Shown: positions 47,207-63,200 of the stretch, piece by piece | Layout of the letters: the number at the start of each line of letters is the position of its first letter | Numbering within the stretch: the stretch's first letter is position 1 | Assembly (NCBI RefSeq): GCF_009914755.1 | Contig: NC_060934.1 | DNA length: 64,000 nucleotides | Reading direction: 5' to 3' (one strand) | Source: the human T2T-CHM13v2.0 reference genome, Homo sapiens | Position numbers and translations under genes: made by a program | Notes under the pieces: model-generated | Database searches by the model: none | What the model was told of the DNA's origin: nothing | Seen by the model: the letters and a program-made list of their open reading frames with translations, nothing else

Positions 47207-47926
47207 GGTTGCCTATTTTTATGGTTATTTCTTGATGACATACTAAACGAGGTGGATTATTCATCCTCCCCTTTTTAGACCATATAGGGTAACTTTCTGA
47301 CATTGCCAAGGCATTTGTAAACTGTCGTGGTGCTTGTGGGAGTGTAGCAGTGACTGAGGTCACTCTCATCACCATCTTGGTTTTGGTGGGTTTTAGCCAG
47401 CTTTTTTACTGCAAACATGTTTTATCAGCAAGGTCATCATGATCTGTATTTTGTGCTGACCTCCTAGCTCATCCTGGGACTTAGAATGCCTCAACCATCT
47501 GGAAATGCAGCCCAGTAGTTCTCAGCTTCATTTTACCCGGCCCCTATTCAAGATGGAGTTGCTCTGGTTCACACGCCTCTGACAACATGGCAGCTAAGCC
47601 ATTGTGAGAATCGGGCGTGAAGAGTGAGTCTTCAAAAGCAGGCATGGCGGGAGAAGGAAGGCAGGAAACATATCTTCCGTCCAGCTGGGGACTCCTCCCA
47701 AGCTGGTGGGAAGACCCGAGCAGGTTTGTAGTTTGAGGGCAGTGGCCTGAAGAGAGAGCGAGTTTGAGGGTGCCAGAAACAGAGGAAATATTTGAGTAAG
47801 ACAGGTCCTTCCTGGAGGAGGTGTCCCTAACTCAAAGCTTAGAGGGGAGTAGGTTTAGGGGGCAGGGAGCGGCAACTGTTTCTGAGAAAGAGGAAGGAAA
47901 AGAAGATGGAGAAGTTGTGTAAAGTT

Positions 47927-48555
47927 TTTTTTTTCCTTTTAATTACATTTATTTTAATGCTGAATTTACTCCCATGCCATAAGTTTTTGCTTCTGCAGTT
48001 TCTTCTGGGATATCTTTTTCTTCTGGGCAACCTCCTCTTCTGGTTTAGGAACAATCTGTTCCTTTTCAGTAAGAATCATCTCAATGCGGCAGGGAGAGCT
48101 CATGTATGGGTTAATCCGACCATGAGCTCTGTAGGTCCAGCGGCGCATCTTAGGTGCCTTGTTCACTTGGATATGCTCAATGACCAGAGAATCTACATCT
48201 AAACCCTTAAGTTCAGCATTACTCTCTGCGTTTTTAAGCATATGCAGCAAAAATTCAGTACTCTTTCTGGGCCACCGACCTTGTGTCCAGCCCCGCTGCT
48301 TGGCCTGCGCACACCTGCCAACTCCAGCATTGTAACGTCGGAATGGTACGCACTGTTTCTGTAAAGTGACATCTTTAAGATACTTCGTGGCTTTTCGTAT
48401 ATGCATACCCTTGATGGCCTGAGCAGTTTCACAAGTGTTCTTAAAGTGAACACGAAGATTGGAACTCTTGATTTGCATTATTTCATGGGGTTCTCCAGGT
48501 CAAGTGAATAGCGAACCATTTTCACAGATTACCTCAGGCTGCTTAGGGAAAGAGC
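47927..48555 (-). pseudogene. RPL17: Full-length processed pseudogene of ribosomal protein L17 (uL22)
   Basis: Intronless. ATG at 48519 reads [13 protein letters not shown] (premature TAA at codon 14), followed by a 1-bp deletion. The ORF 48478-47966 then reads [45 protein letters not shown]. 5' TOP tract CTCTTTCCC, AATAAA at 47953-47948, poly(A) at ~47925-47934, TSD gaag(t/c)tgtgtaaagtt at 47911-47926 and 48556-48571. The symbol names the parent gene. Confidence 0.97.
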
Positions 48556-48845
48556 GAAGCTGTGTAAAGTTATTGTGGCATTTGAAGTTAAAAAATGAAG
48601 GAGTCAATTCACAGGCACTTAGAGGGGTAGGGGAGGAGAGCTGAGAGAACTCAGGTGGAGGGGAAATGGCTGACTTAGCTCTGTCTATGGGGGAAGTTAA
48701 GTGGGCTAAGAACCAGTGGGGTTGGGTAAGGGGGTGATGGATTGGGGACTTCAGGTCTTTATGCTGTCTCTGTAGGGCCTGAAGGTTGTGGGGGAGTCAG
48801 GAACTTGGAGCCCATACCTTGAAGGCAAGGTATTTCCACAGGGTT

Positions 48846-49384
48846 AGTAGGGGAGGGAAAAATGGCTTCCCTCTACCCTTCTAGGCTCTTCGGCCAGGCT
48901 ACAAATTAAATTGACATAAAACAAATGAACAGGAGAAAAAGCATTTTGATTACATGCATACACAGAGAGTCACACCAAATATGAGACTCGAAGAAGGGCC
49001 AGAAGATGGAAGCTTATATACAGCATCCTGAGCTAAAGACAGGAATAGGGGCCCAGAGCTTCTTGGGGGTGGCAGAGACAGGCAATGGGAGGGTGAGGGG
49101 AGGAGATATGTGGTGAATGGAGGTTGTCTTGTTACGCAGATGAAAGTCGGGCAATAAACGTTTTCTGGAGCAGCCCTCTTCCTGATACAAATATTTTTTA
49201 CTAATGTCCATTTTCTTTATGGATGTAAATTTCTTTTATAAAATGACAGCTTTTCAGAGCTACTGCTGTGCCTGCAGTTTCTCAGAATAAGCAGCTCAAA
49301 ATATGCCAAAGAAATATATTTTGGGGTGGCATATTCTGGTCTCCTACAGTCATATTTTGGGGTGGTGTGTCCCAAGGCCCAATA
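48846..49384 (-). mobile_element. ERV1 LTR, MER34/MER49-like
   Basis: Minus strand tgtaggagaccagaatatgccaccccaaaatat, a motif typical of this LTR group; boundaries approximate. Confidence 0.55.
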
Positions 49385-49712
49385 GGTGTGAGTGGTGTCT
49401 GGGCTGGGGGTGTTGGGGGTGCCTCCAGTGGAGTTAAGACTGAAAGTTACAGCATCTTAGAAGGCCAAAGGTCAAGGCATTGGGGGTATCCCCATAAGTG
49501 ATGACAGGCAAGAGTGTGTCAGGTACCAAAGTCTTCCAGGAACAATGGCAAGGAGGGCAGAGGAGGGTGGTGATGAGGATGAGGGGAGAACTTCGTAAGT
49601 GATTGTGAAGACTTCCGATTTGAAGAGGTGGGACAGTGGTGATGGTTTAGTGACTTGGAGGAGAAAGAGGAAGCCTCAACCTTTTCTTTTTAGAGGCAGT
49701 AAGAAATACTGA

Positions 49713-50215
<503 letters not shown>

Positions 50216-50594
50216 ACAGCAGCTTTAAGCTAGAAGAGCTCTCAGGTCATCTAGTCTAATAGAGGGGAAAAAGGAGGCCCCAAAATGCCACAGATGAGGG
50301 AAGATGAGGGAGTTCCAGTGGGGTCATGCTGTTTAGGGCTCTGCTGGAAGCTACACGAGAGAGGGAGTGCAGTGGGGAAATGGTCAAAAGTTGTGTCCAG
50401 AGTGGACGGGCTATAGTCAAATCCTGGTTCTCTTATTAGCACAGGGCCTAAAACTCAATAGATGTGAGTTATTGTTATAATTATTATTACTTCAACAGAG
50501 GACTAGAAATAGGTTAAGGAGGGCTCTGGAAATGACTGGGAGTGATCCCAGAATCTGCAAGGTCCACAGCCAGGCCTCGCATTGGGTAGGTAGG

Positions 50595-50626
50595 GGTGTG
50601 TGTGTGTGTGTGTGTGTTCGTGTGTG
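50595..50626. repeat. (GT)n microsatellite
   Basis: Direct reading. Confidence 0.9.
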
Positions 50627-50829
50627 CACATGTGTTGGAGGAGTGGGCCTTGTCTCTTTCCAGGTGCACACAGGGGGCGTAAAGCTTGTCTTCTAAGTAT
50701 GGGTGACATTCTAATGAGCCAAATGAACATGCTATTGGCAAGTGAGTGTTCCTTGTTCATTTGCTTTTGATCTGAGTCCCAGGCACTGGCCTCCCTCTTT
50801 AGTGAAAGGGATGCGCAAATTCTGTTTCA

Positions 50830-51260
<431 letters not shown>

Positions 51261-52093
51261 GGGTGCTCTCTAGTTGTTCAGTCAGTGAATGAATATGCCT
51301 TCATGTCTTCCGGTGAGGAGATGGCTCTCTCACCACCTCTACCTTGGGTTGGCTGTATGGGGTTAAGTAAGGAGGAATTTGACAAATGGGGGTTTAAATC
51401 CGACATTTATCATTTACTACCTGTGACTTTCTCCAAATCATTTAACTTCACAGAGCCTCAAATTGCTCATCTATAAAACGCCAATAATTATTTCACCTTA
51501 GGATTCAGTGATAAGTGGCTGTAACGTTCTCAGCATCATGTCTGCCTGGCACTCTTGGTAATGATGAGTATATCTTATTGTCATCATAGAGCTGGGTATG
51601 ACAGCACGTGCAGATACGCCTTCTCTTTATTTATTTAAAGCTGAGTGCCTCTCTTGTCCCACATTCTAGAAAGTGCTAGGGATAGAAGACATTCTCCCTG
51701 CTTCCCACTTCGTATCCACTTGATTTGGTGCTTCAGTGAAAGAAAAGCCAAGCAAACCTTTCCTTGATTCCAACCCTGAGGTGCCTTCAGCCTCAGGTTT
51801 GTTTTCCCCGCAGAGCAGCCAGGTAACTGCAAACAGCCCTGGTGTTTTGGGGTGCTCATCACAAGCAGGAGAAATCCTCTGCCTGGAAATTACTTTAATT
51901 TGCAGTTGACAAAAAGGTAAATTGCTGGCATTTTTTGCTTGGAGCCTGGAATGTAACCTTGCATGGCTGCCCCAGACATTCCAGGTGGCAGCTTCCATTA
52001 GCCAGCCCAGATTTCTAGCTTAAAGGAGGGGGAGAAAAAGAACTTCAGTAATTTTGCAAGGGCAAACCCCTCAATCATTATTTAATTCTGCCA

Positions 52094-52172
52094 ATTTCTT
52101 TCCTTCTTTCTTTCTTTTCTTTTCCTTTCTTTTTCTTTCTTTCCTTCTTTCCTTCTTCCTTTCTTTCCTTTC

Positions 52173-52243
<71 letters not shown>

Positions 52244-52320
52244 TTCTTTCTCTCTCTCTCTTTCTTCTTTTTTTTTCTCTCTCTCTTTCTTTCTTCTTCC
52301 TTTTTTTTTTTTTTTTTTTT
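52094..52320. repeat. (TTTC)n/(TC)n compound microsatellite (Alu tail)
   Basis: About 225 nt of pyrimidines. Confidence 0.95.
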
Positions 52321-52731
52321 GAGGCAATCTTGATCTGTCGCCCAGGCTGGAGTGCAGTGGTGAGATCTCAGCTCACTGCAAACTCTGCCTCCTGGGTTCA
52401 AGCGATTCTCCTGCCTCAGCCTCCTGAGTAGCTGGGATTACAGGTGTGCGCCACCACGCCCAGCTAATTTTTGTATTTTTAGTAGAGACGGGGTTTCACC
52501 ATGTTGGTCAGGCTGGTCTCGAACTCCTGACCTCGTGATCTGCCTGCCTTGGCCTCCCAAAGTGCTGGGATTACAGGCGTGCACCACCATGCCTGGCTAA
52601 TTTTTGTATTTTTAGTAGATACGTGGTTTCACCAGGTTGGTCAGGCTGGTCTTGAACTCCTGACCTCGTGATCTGCCTGCCTCGGCCTCCCAAAGTGTTG
52701 GGATTACAGGCGTGAGACACCGCGCCTGGCC
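52100..52731 (-). mobile_element. Trimeric Alu (duplicated left monomer) with an expanded (GAAA)n tail
   Basis: Left-left-right arrangement inside one TSD aattct(g/a)ccaatttct at 52084-52099 and 52732-52747. Confidence 0.92.
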
Positions 52732-53979
52732 AATTCTACCAATTTCTATTCCTTCAAGTTCCCTGCCACTCCTGTCCGTATGTACAGCAGAGCCAATGTG
52801 GACATCCCGTCACAAGGTCTGTTTTCCTTTGCTTAACCTTCAATCCTGTATTATGACAGCCTGCAGGCTTGTAATTTTTCGTTGCATGAGAGACTCCTTC
52901 CTGTGATCTACCACTGTTTGATTTGCGACTCGCTATGGGTCATGAGAGCAGGCCCCTCTGTTTTATTCCTTTGCAGGATAACTGGGATGCGGTAGGCTTT
53001 TAGTACATAATTGTTGAAGGAATGAAGGGGCGAATGAATGCGTGAGTTCCAGCGTTTCCCAAGGCCAGAGCGTTTTTGTCTGTCTAGTCATAGATTTCCA
53101 TAGCATTCCAGAAGGAAGGGCATCGTTTAGATGCGGTGCTGGTCGCCTTCCACTTAAAATATGTCCCAGAGATGCCTGTCTGGGGTGGGGTTCCGTGGAA
53201 TGCAGACTGAATGGAATGCCTTTTAGGCCCGGTGGGAACCTGAGGCCACTGCTGCCATCTTGTGGACAGTATTTGAAACACAGGAGACGTGATGGCCGTT
53301 TCTCCCAAAGAAACCTTGGCTGATTCTGTTACATGATGAAATATTCTCCTTAGCAGTGCATTAGGCCATGTTACCAGACCCATCCTTAACCTATTTGTAT
53401 TCCTCTGTTGAAATAATAATAATATAATAACAACAACAACAATAACTCCCATTTGCTGAGTTTTAGGCACTGTGCTAGTAAGAGAACCAGGATTTGACCT
53501 CATCCCATCCACTCTGGACCCAACTTTTGGCCATTTCCCCACACTCTTTCGTTTTTTGAGTTCTTTCTCTTCTTTCCCTTCCAACTCTCTACTGTGATTG
53601 TGTATCAGTCCCTGTAGTCACATCTTGTCTCAATGATTTGCTTATGTGTTTGCCTTTCCAACAAGACTGACCACCTTGATGAATGGTCAGAGCTGTTGAG
53701 TACAGGGATTTCATTGACCTCTGTGCACCAACTATGCACCAGGCCCTGTGCTAGATTAGGAGTGTGTGAACACACGTCAAACTGGACTGTAGGCCTTCCC
53801 AGTGTACGTGTGCAGGGTGTGTATAAAGCCATGGGAGAGACGTGGAGTGTGTTTCTGGAATATATTATAATTGAAGATGGACAAAGGCAGTGGTGGAGAG
53901 ATTGGTAATTTAATTAGTTATTTACAACCTCGTTTTTATATAAACCGGCCTCCCCAGCACTGCTCAGGTGAACCTTAAC

Positions 53980-54272
<293 letters not shown>

Positions 54273-55821
54273 AACCATTATTGAATTTATATGTACAGAC
54301 ATTTCTTTGCTACTTACCCTGGAGCACTTGACACAGAGTTGCTTGAATGTGAAGCAATTTATTTGCAGCTGGGGATGTAAAGGGTGGAGGAGAAATAGCC
54401 TCTCTCTTTGAGACTCTCTGGAATGGAAGGGAACACAAAGTGAATATCACATATGCCATATAGCCTCTATTTTAAGTTGGACTGCCCCCAACGTATCCTC
54501 TGTGTTGGATGAAGAAAACACAGGCAGTTTTCATTTGAGGCAGTACTAGACAGAATCAAAGCTGATTAAAGTAAAAAGATTGTGAAATGGAATGCAAGAA
54601 TTAGAATAAATGTATAAATTAAAGCAAGGCTTTCAGAAAGCTTTAAACCTCCAGGCAAAACCTAAAGGTTTTTAGTCAATTTCCCTTTGTATTGGGCTAT
54701 TTGGGTAAAAGTTCACCAAGGGTCATATGTCATGCCAGTATATAAAGCAATGTCACACAGAGTGACTGAACTCAGGGTAGCCATCTTTTCTCCTTGATTC
54801 AAGACCTGAGTATGGCACACTCATCACTGGTCAGGCACAAGGCCAGATGCTTCAGGGACAGGGAAAGAAGAGGACAGAGTCTCTGTTCCTGTTGGGGGCT
54901 GGCAGGTTTCCCAGCTTTAAGTACCAGCATCACCGGTACCACCTGTACTGTACCAGTAACAATACCTATAAGGGCTAAAGACAAAATGGAGGGACAAGAG
55001 ATACAGAGAGGAAAGCAGCAGAGGGAGGAGAGGGTGGGAGAGGAAGAGCAGAGTGAGGAGATGGATTCTAGAGGAGGTGACAGAGGTGACTCAGACACCT
55101 TAGAGGAGGCCTGGACTCAGCTCAAACAGAAGTGTCCTCTTCGGGCCCTTCTAAAATGCCTGGCAGCAACCAATGTCCCATGACTGTCCCCAGCAGCCCG
55201 CGAAGTTACTGCCCTTTGTGACTGCAAGGAGGTCTGATTGCTGGACCTGCATGGTGTGTGTCCCCAGCACTGGCATGTTTGTTCTGAGGTCAGGAGTATT
55301 GCAGAGAAAGCAGTCTCACTAGTATTCATATTTTTCCATCATCATGCTGTCTGAATGTGCCAGCCTTCTGGACAGAGAAGCTTGGCTTGTGACCGGGTCG
55401 GGAGTGAGAAAAGGGCATGAATGATGGCCCCCTCAAGTGAGGGAAAGCTTCTGAAACAAGCATGCCTGCAGGAGCCTGAGCGAGTATGTGCATGTGGCAC
55501 TGGCATGGACCCACTTCTGCGCAGAGGTGGCGTGGCTTCCACCCAGGTGTGACCTCTGGATGCCACCCCCACCTGCATGCCGGGCTCACAGAGATGTCCC
55601 CCGGCAGCAGCAAAGGGCCTGGAGGCCCGTCCTCCCTGAGAGCAGAGCTTTGATCTTTTCACCATCAGGATCATTATCAAACGTCTCAGGGAAAGGAAAA
55701 ATATTTGGGAAAGAATTTAAAAGCTGTACTCTTTGAAATAGGTATGAATGCCAGCCATCTCAGCATAGTTCTTCAAAGGACTGCTTTTGTAGTATTCTCT
55801 GACTTTTATTAAAAGCTGTTA

Positions 55822-56211
<390 letters not shown>

Positions 56212-56536
56212 CTAAGATCCTGATGAGCCATTTCTGTCACTTTTGGTATAATAACTTTTTTTCTGAAGGCCTGTATGTTTTTATAATGAACCCTAAAATC
56301 TGAGACAGGTCTCAGTCAATTTAGGAAGTTTATTTTGCCAAAGTTAAGGATGCGTGCCCAATACACAGCCTCAGGAGTTCCTGACGACATGTGCCCAGGG
56401 TGGTCAGAGCACAGCTTGGTTTTATCCGTTTTAGGAGACATGAGACATGAATTAATATATGTTTCCATTCAGAAAGGCAGGACAACTCAAAGTGGGAAGG
56501 GCCAGATCATAGGTAGTTAAGAGACTGGCAAAATAA

Positions 56537-56862
<326 letters not shown>

Positions 56863-57060
56863 ACAAAATAAACTTTCTAAATAGACTGAGACCTGTCTCA
56901 GATATTTGGGGTTCACAAGACAAAGGTTGCATTCTTTTGAGTTTCTAATGAGACTTTTCAAAGGAGGCAACCAGATATGCATTTATCTCAGCAGAGGGAT
57001 GACTTTGAGTTCTGTCTGTCCTTTGTCCACAGCAAATTTCCTTGTGACGGAGGTATGTAG

Positions 57061-57375
<315 letters not shown>

Positions 57376-58503
57376 TTTAATAAATATCTTTTTTAGGAAT
57401 AGAATGGGTGGCAAGTTTGCCCTAAGCAGTTCTCAGCTTGACTTTTCCCTTTGGCTTAATGATTTTGAGGTCCCAAGATTTATCTTCCTTTCATATTACC
57501 AACCAGTTAAGAACAGCCAGAGGACAAATATTCCCCTCACGGATGTTCCAAGTCACTTTTTAAACCCAAATCAGAGCAGTACATTGACTCTTAGAACATT
57601 TGCTTTTCTTCTTATACCTTTATTTTAATCTTGTGGAAATTCTATTTTACTGCTTGATTCTACTTTTTGTCTTTTTTTGTGAGTGAACTCAAAGTGCCCT
57701 CTCCTCTTTTTAAAAGAAATATGAAGAAGTTTAATTTGAAAATTGATGAGGCTTCAAGACAGACTTGTAGATCTTAGCGTCCTGGATGGGGACTTGCTCA
57801 GCGTACTTGAAGCATATTGAGGATTCTTTAGTAGAATTCACATTTTCCAAGAGCAAAGAGTCCAAGTACACGCTCTTTCTAAAGGGCACTGGAGGACTTC
57901 TCTACTTCTCCCGACCCAGAGGGGAGACTACTGTCCCCACAGGAGGTCCTCAAAACAGACTTGTGGCAGGCCCCTTCTTCCCCATTGCGTTTGAGGGCCA
58001 GCAATCAAGGTGGAGAAAGTCACCCCATGCAGATGGAAAGAGTGGCTAAGGAATGGCCATTAATTCTGGCTGGAACCTTCTCAAGACTCTACTTGGGGCG
58101 GGGTATAAATTGGTACTACATTTCAGGAAGCAACTGGCAATGTATCTCAAGGGCATTAAATATGCTCGTGCCCTCTGACTCAGGAATTCCCCTTTGACTC
58201 AGGAATGAATAAGAAATTCATTTGCCCATTCATTGATGCTGCTCTATCTCATGCACAAGGTTGGGTGAACAAGACAAACATTGTCCCTGACCTTATACTG
58301 TTAACAATTTAATAGATCTAGAGGCCCCAAAATACAGGCAAAGATCTTTGTCCATGGATGTTTAAAGCAGCATTGTAAATAGCAAAGAATTGGAAACAAT
58401 ATATATTGTTACATATATCCTCAGTGATAGGGGATTAAATTAGAGTAGATCCATGTGATGGAATTTTAAATGACCATTATAAATTAGGTTTTGAAATTCA
58501 TAA

Positions 58504-58823
<320 letters not shown>

Positions 58824-58876
58824 TGAAATACAATTTTAAGAGAGGGAAGAAAAGCAAGATATAAAACTGGAGAGTT

Positions 58877-59182
58877 GGCTAGGCATGGTGGCTCATGCCG
58901 GTAATCCCAGCACTTTGGGAGACTGAGGCGGTTGGATCACTTGAGCCCAGGAGTTCGAGACCAGTCTGGGCAACAAGACAAAACTCCTTTTCTCCAAAAC
59001 AAAAATAAAAACAAAAATTAGCCAGACATGGTGGTGCGTGCTTGTAGTCCCAGCTACGTGGGGGGCTGAAGTGGGAGGATCATCTGAACCTGGGGAGGTC
59101 AAAGCTGCACTGAGCCATGATTGTGTCACTGTACTCCAGCCTGGGCAACAGAGCAAGCTCCTGTCACAAAAAACAAACAAAA
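58877..59182 (+). mobile_element. AluJ
   Basis: cacttgagcccaggagttcgagaccagtctgggcaaca. Confidence 0.92.
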
Positions 59183-59495
59183 GCCTTGGAGAATCATGAA
59201 GGCAAGGCCAGGGAAGTTCTGGAGGTGGGATCCCAATTTTATGTCTTTAAAAACGGCAAGAGTAGAAGGAAACACCACAAAATAATGTTAACAGTAGTTA
59301 TCTCATGATAGATTATGGATTTTTAATGTTCTTTTTTATGCTTTTTCCCAATAAAGTATCTGCAGTGAATATAAATGAATTTTAAAATTTTTAAAGAAAA
59401 AATATTTCTAGGAGTTATGTTCAGGGCTTCTATGCTGTGGATATAAGGGAAGAATTATCCCTTAGATTCCCCCAGCTGTAACATTCCTTCTAGGC

Positions 59496-59721
59496 CAAGC
59501 TTGTGTAGCCTGCGGCCCAGAGGCCACATGCAGCCCAGGACGGCTTTGAAAGCAGCGCAATACAAATTCATAAACTTTCTTAAAACGTTATGAGAGGTTT
59601 TTTTTTTGGTGATTTTTTTTTTTTAAATCTCATCAGCTATCGTTAGTGTTCATGTATTTTATGTGTGGCCCACTTCTTCTTCCAGTGTGGACCAGGGAAG
59701 CCAAAAGATTACGTACCTCTG
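59496..59721 (-). mobile_element. MER30 hAT MITE
   Basis: Minus strand aatcttttggcttccctggtccacactggaagaagaagtgggccacacataaaataca..gatagctgatgag. Confidence 0.85.
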
Positions 59722-59724
59722 GTT

Positions 59725-60215
59725 TCGGATTTATTCATTTGTAATGTGTAGCTACAGTGCACTCACATTCACCACTTTATAGTATTTTATTAAATGACTA
59801 TACCTCAATTTATTATCCAATCTACTGTTAATGGAAAACATGAGAGTTTCTCCAATGTTCTGCAATTTCAAACATTTAAAAATTTTTCTTCAAGTGCGCT
59901 GTGTTAATGTCTCCTTAGGGTACAAATCTAAGAGTAGGGTTGCTGGGTCACAGAGCAGGGACTGATACCTTTGGTAGATAATGACAAATTGTTTTTTACT
60001 GTGGTTTTACCTGTTTAAACATCTACCAGCTATGTATAAAAATATATGTTGTTGCACAGCCCTCTTGAGTCTTGATGTCAAAGACTTTTAAATTTTTTGC
60101 CAATTTGGAGTATGTGAAATGATAGTTCATTGTGGTTTTAATTTATATTTTCTTCCTTTTTAATCAAATTGAGCATTGCCATATTGGCCATGTGAATTTT
60201 CATTGCTGAGAGGAG
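59725..60215 (-). mobile_element. L1ME-like fragment
   Basis: aatttattatccaatctactgttaatgga..ttgctgggtcacagag..tgccaatttggagtatgtgaaatgatagttcattgtggttttaattt. Confidence 0.7.
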
Positions 60216-61080
60216 GCTGTTCAGGAGATGCTGATTGTATGTCCCTAGAATCTTGGGGTCATGGCTGACTTGGAGCAGCTGGGGAGGGTGAGGAGGGCCC
60301 AGGAAGGAGCAGGGTGCTGCCCTGAAGTCCAGCGTGGAGCCATGGGGAGCAGGGGCCTGGCCACAATGGCAGAGACATGTAGAGGGTGCTGCCCAGCAGG
60401 GAACTTCTGGTTGATTCTCTGTCTTGGTTAGAGGCGAGCCTACTCTGGTTACTTTGATAACAAAATGCACCCACGTCCCACCCTCAGCATCCTGAGGAGC
60501 TGGGCAGCAAACGTCCATGGAGCAAGGCAGGGGACTTGGGGTGACTGGCAGGCACATGACTCCAGACAATTTCTGAACAGTGAAATGCTGGCAGACTTTT
60601 CAATGTGTGGGGAAAAGCTCAAAATATAATCTTTAATGTGACTTTTTCCAATGGTTAAACATCGTCAGCTAGTTAAATAAAGGTGGTTTGGGCCAAATCA
60701 GCTGTGTCTGTGGGTGCTGGAGGTAGCTGTCAAAAGGCTCAAAGTGACCCGAGCTTTGGTTATGAGACAAGGTTCACTCCTCAGACAATCAGCAAGTATT
60801 ACCTGTCTCCTGAGGCCTGGGGACCTACTTTTGTGTAGGGAACAGGAGAAAAAATAGGCCCCTGACTTCATGGAGGCATCGTCTGAGAGGACACTCGTTC
60901 TTTTAGCACTTTTGTGTGTGTGATAAAACAGGCACGATGTAAAATTTACTACTTGTAGCTGTTCAGTTCAGTGGCATAATTGCATTCACATTGTTGCACG
61001 CCACAGAACTCTTTTCATCTTACAAAATGGAAATTCTGTACTCATTAAACACCGACTCCCCATTCCTCCCCTTCCCCTAG

Positions 61081-61427
<347 letters not shown>

Positions 61428-61707
61428 TAAATTTGACTACTCTAGGAACCTCATATAAATGGAATCATACAACATTTGTCCTTTTGCATTTGGCTTATTT
61501 CACCTAACATACTGCCTTCAAGAGTCACCCATGTTGTAGCATGGGACAGAATTTCCTTTCTTTTTAAACCCAAATAATATTCCATTGTATGTAGATACCA
61601 CATTTTGCTTATCCATTCATCCATCCATGAATGTCTTAGTCCATTTGGGCTGCTCTTAGAGAATACCATAGACTAGGGGCTTATAAACAACAGACATTTA
61701 TTTCTAA

Positions 61708-62106
<399 letters not shown>

Positions 62107-62134
62107 ACAGATGACCATCTTCTTGCTGTGTCTT

Positions 62135-62161
62135 AACCACTTGGCCACCTCGTCACTATTG
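62135..62161 (-). pseudogene. Tailless retro-insertion of a tRNA-Ser(GCU) 5' fragment
   Basis: Minus strand caatagt-gacgaggtggccaagtggtt(aagac) matches the recalled tRNA-Ser-GCT 5' end GACGAGGTGGCCGAGTGGTTAAGGC; 14-bp TSD tcttgctgtgtctt at 62121-62134 and 62162-62175. Confidence 0.75.
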
Positions 62162-62419
62162 TCTTGCTGTGTCTTTATATGGTGGAAAGGACAAGGGACC
62201 TTATGTGAGTCTCTTTGATAAGGACAGTAATCCCAGCCATGGGGCCCCTACCCTCATGACCTAATCACCTCTCAAAAGTCTCACCTTGTAATGGTTCCAT
62301 TACAAACCATTGCCTTGGGGGTTCAGATTTCAACACAGGAATTTGGGTTAGGGCCACAAATATTCAGTCTATAGCAGATTGCTTCTACATTTTGGCTATT
62401 GTGAGTAATACTGCTATGA

Positions 62420-62853
<434 letters not shown>

Positions 62854-63059
62854 TTTCTTAATATTTTTTACCTGCTTTCTTTAATTCTGATTGTGCATTT
62901 AGAACTTGAGGGAAAATCAGTCTCATTTTGGACAGTGTTGATTTATTTCTTTTCTAAGGTCAAATTGCAAGAGCAGAACGGCTATTACCTTCCAGCCTCT
63001 ATCTGTTTGGCTGTTCTTGTCCCATAATGATGATGACAATTAGAAAAATGATTAGGATG

Positions 63060-63200
63060 ATAAAATATATTGAGGGCTTACTTTGTCCCACGCATGATTT
63101 GAAACACTTTAACATATTGTAAGTCATTTTATCTTCACAATCATTCTATGGAGATTGTTGCCCTAATTTTACAGATGAAGAAACTGAGTCACAGAGAAGC
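63060..63200 (-). mobile_element. MIR
   Basis: tattgagggcttactttgtcc..aattttacagatgaagaaactgagtcacagaga. Confidence 0.7.

Noticed and set aside
47966-48478. The 170-aa ORF as the functional RPL17 gene
   Set aside because: It has no introns, a poly(A) tail, a TSD, a premature stop and a frameshift, so it is a processed copy.
55515-55535. AGGTGGCG and CAGGGGGCG (50671) as CTCF sites
   Set aside because: The 5' CCAS half of the core is missing, so the match is too weak.
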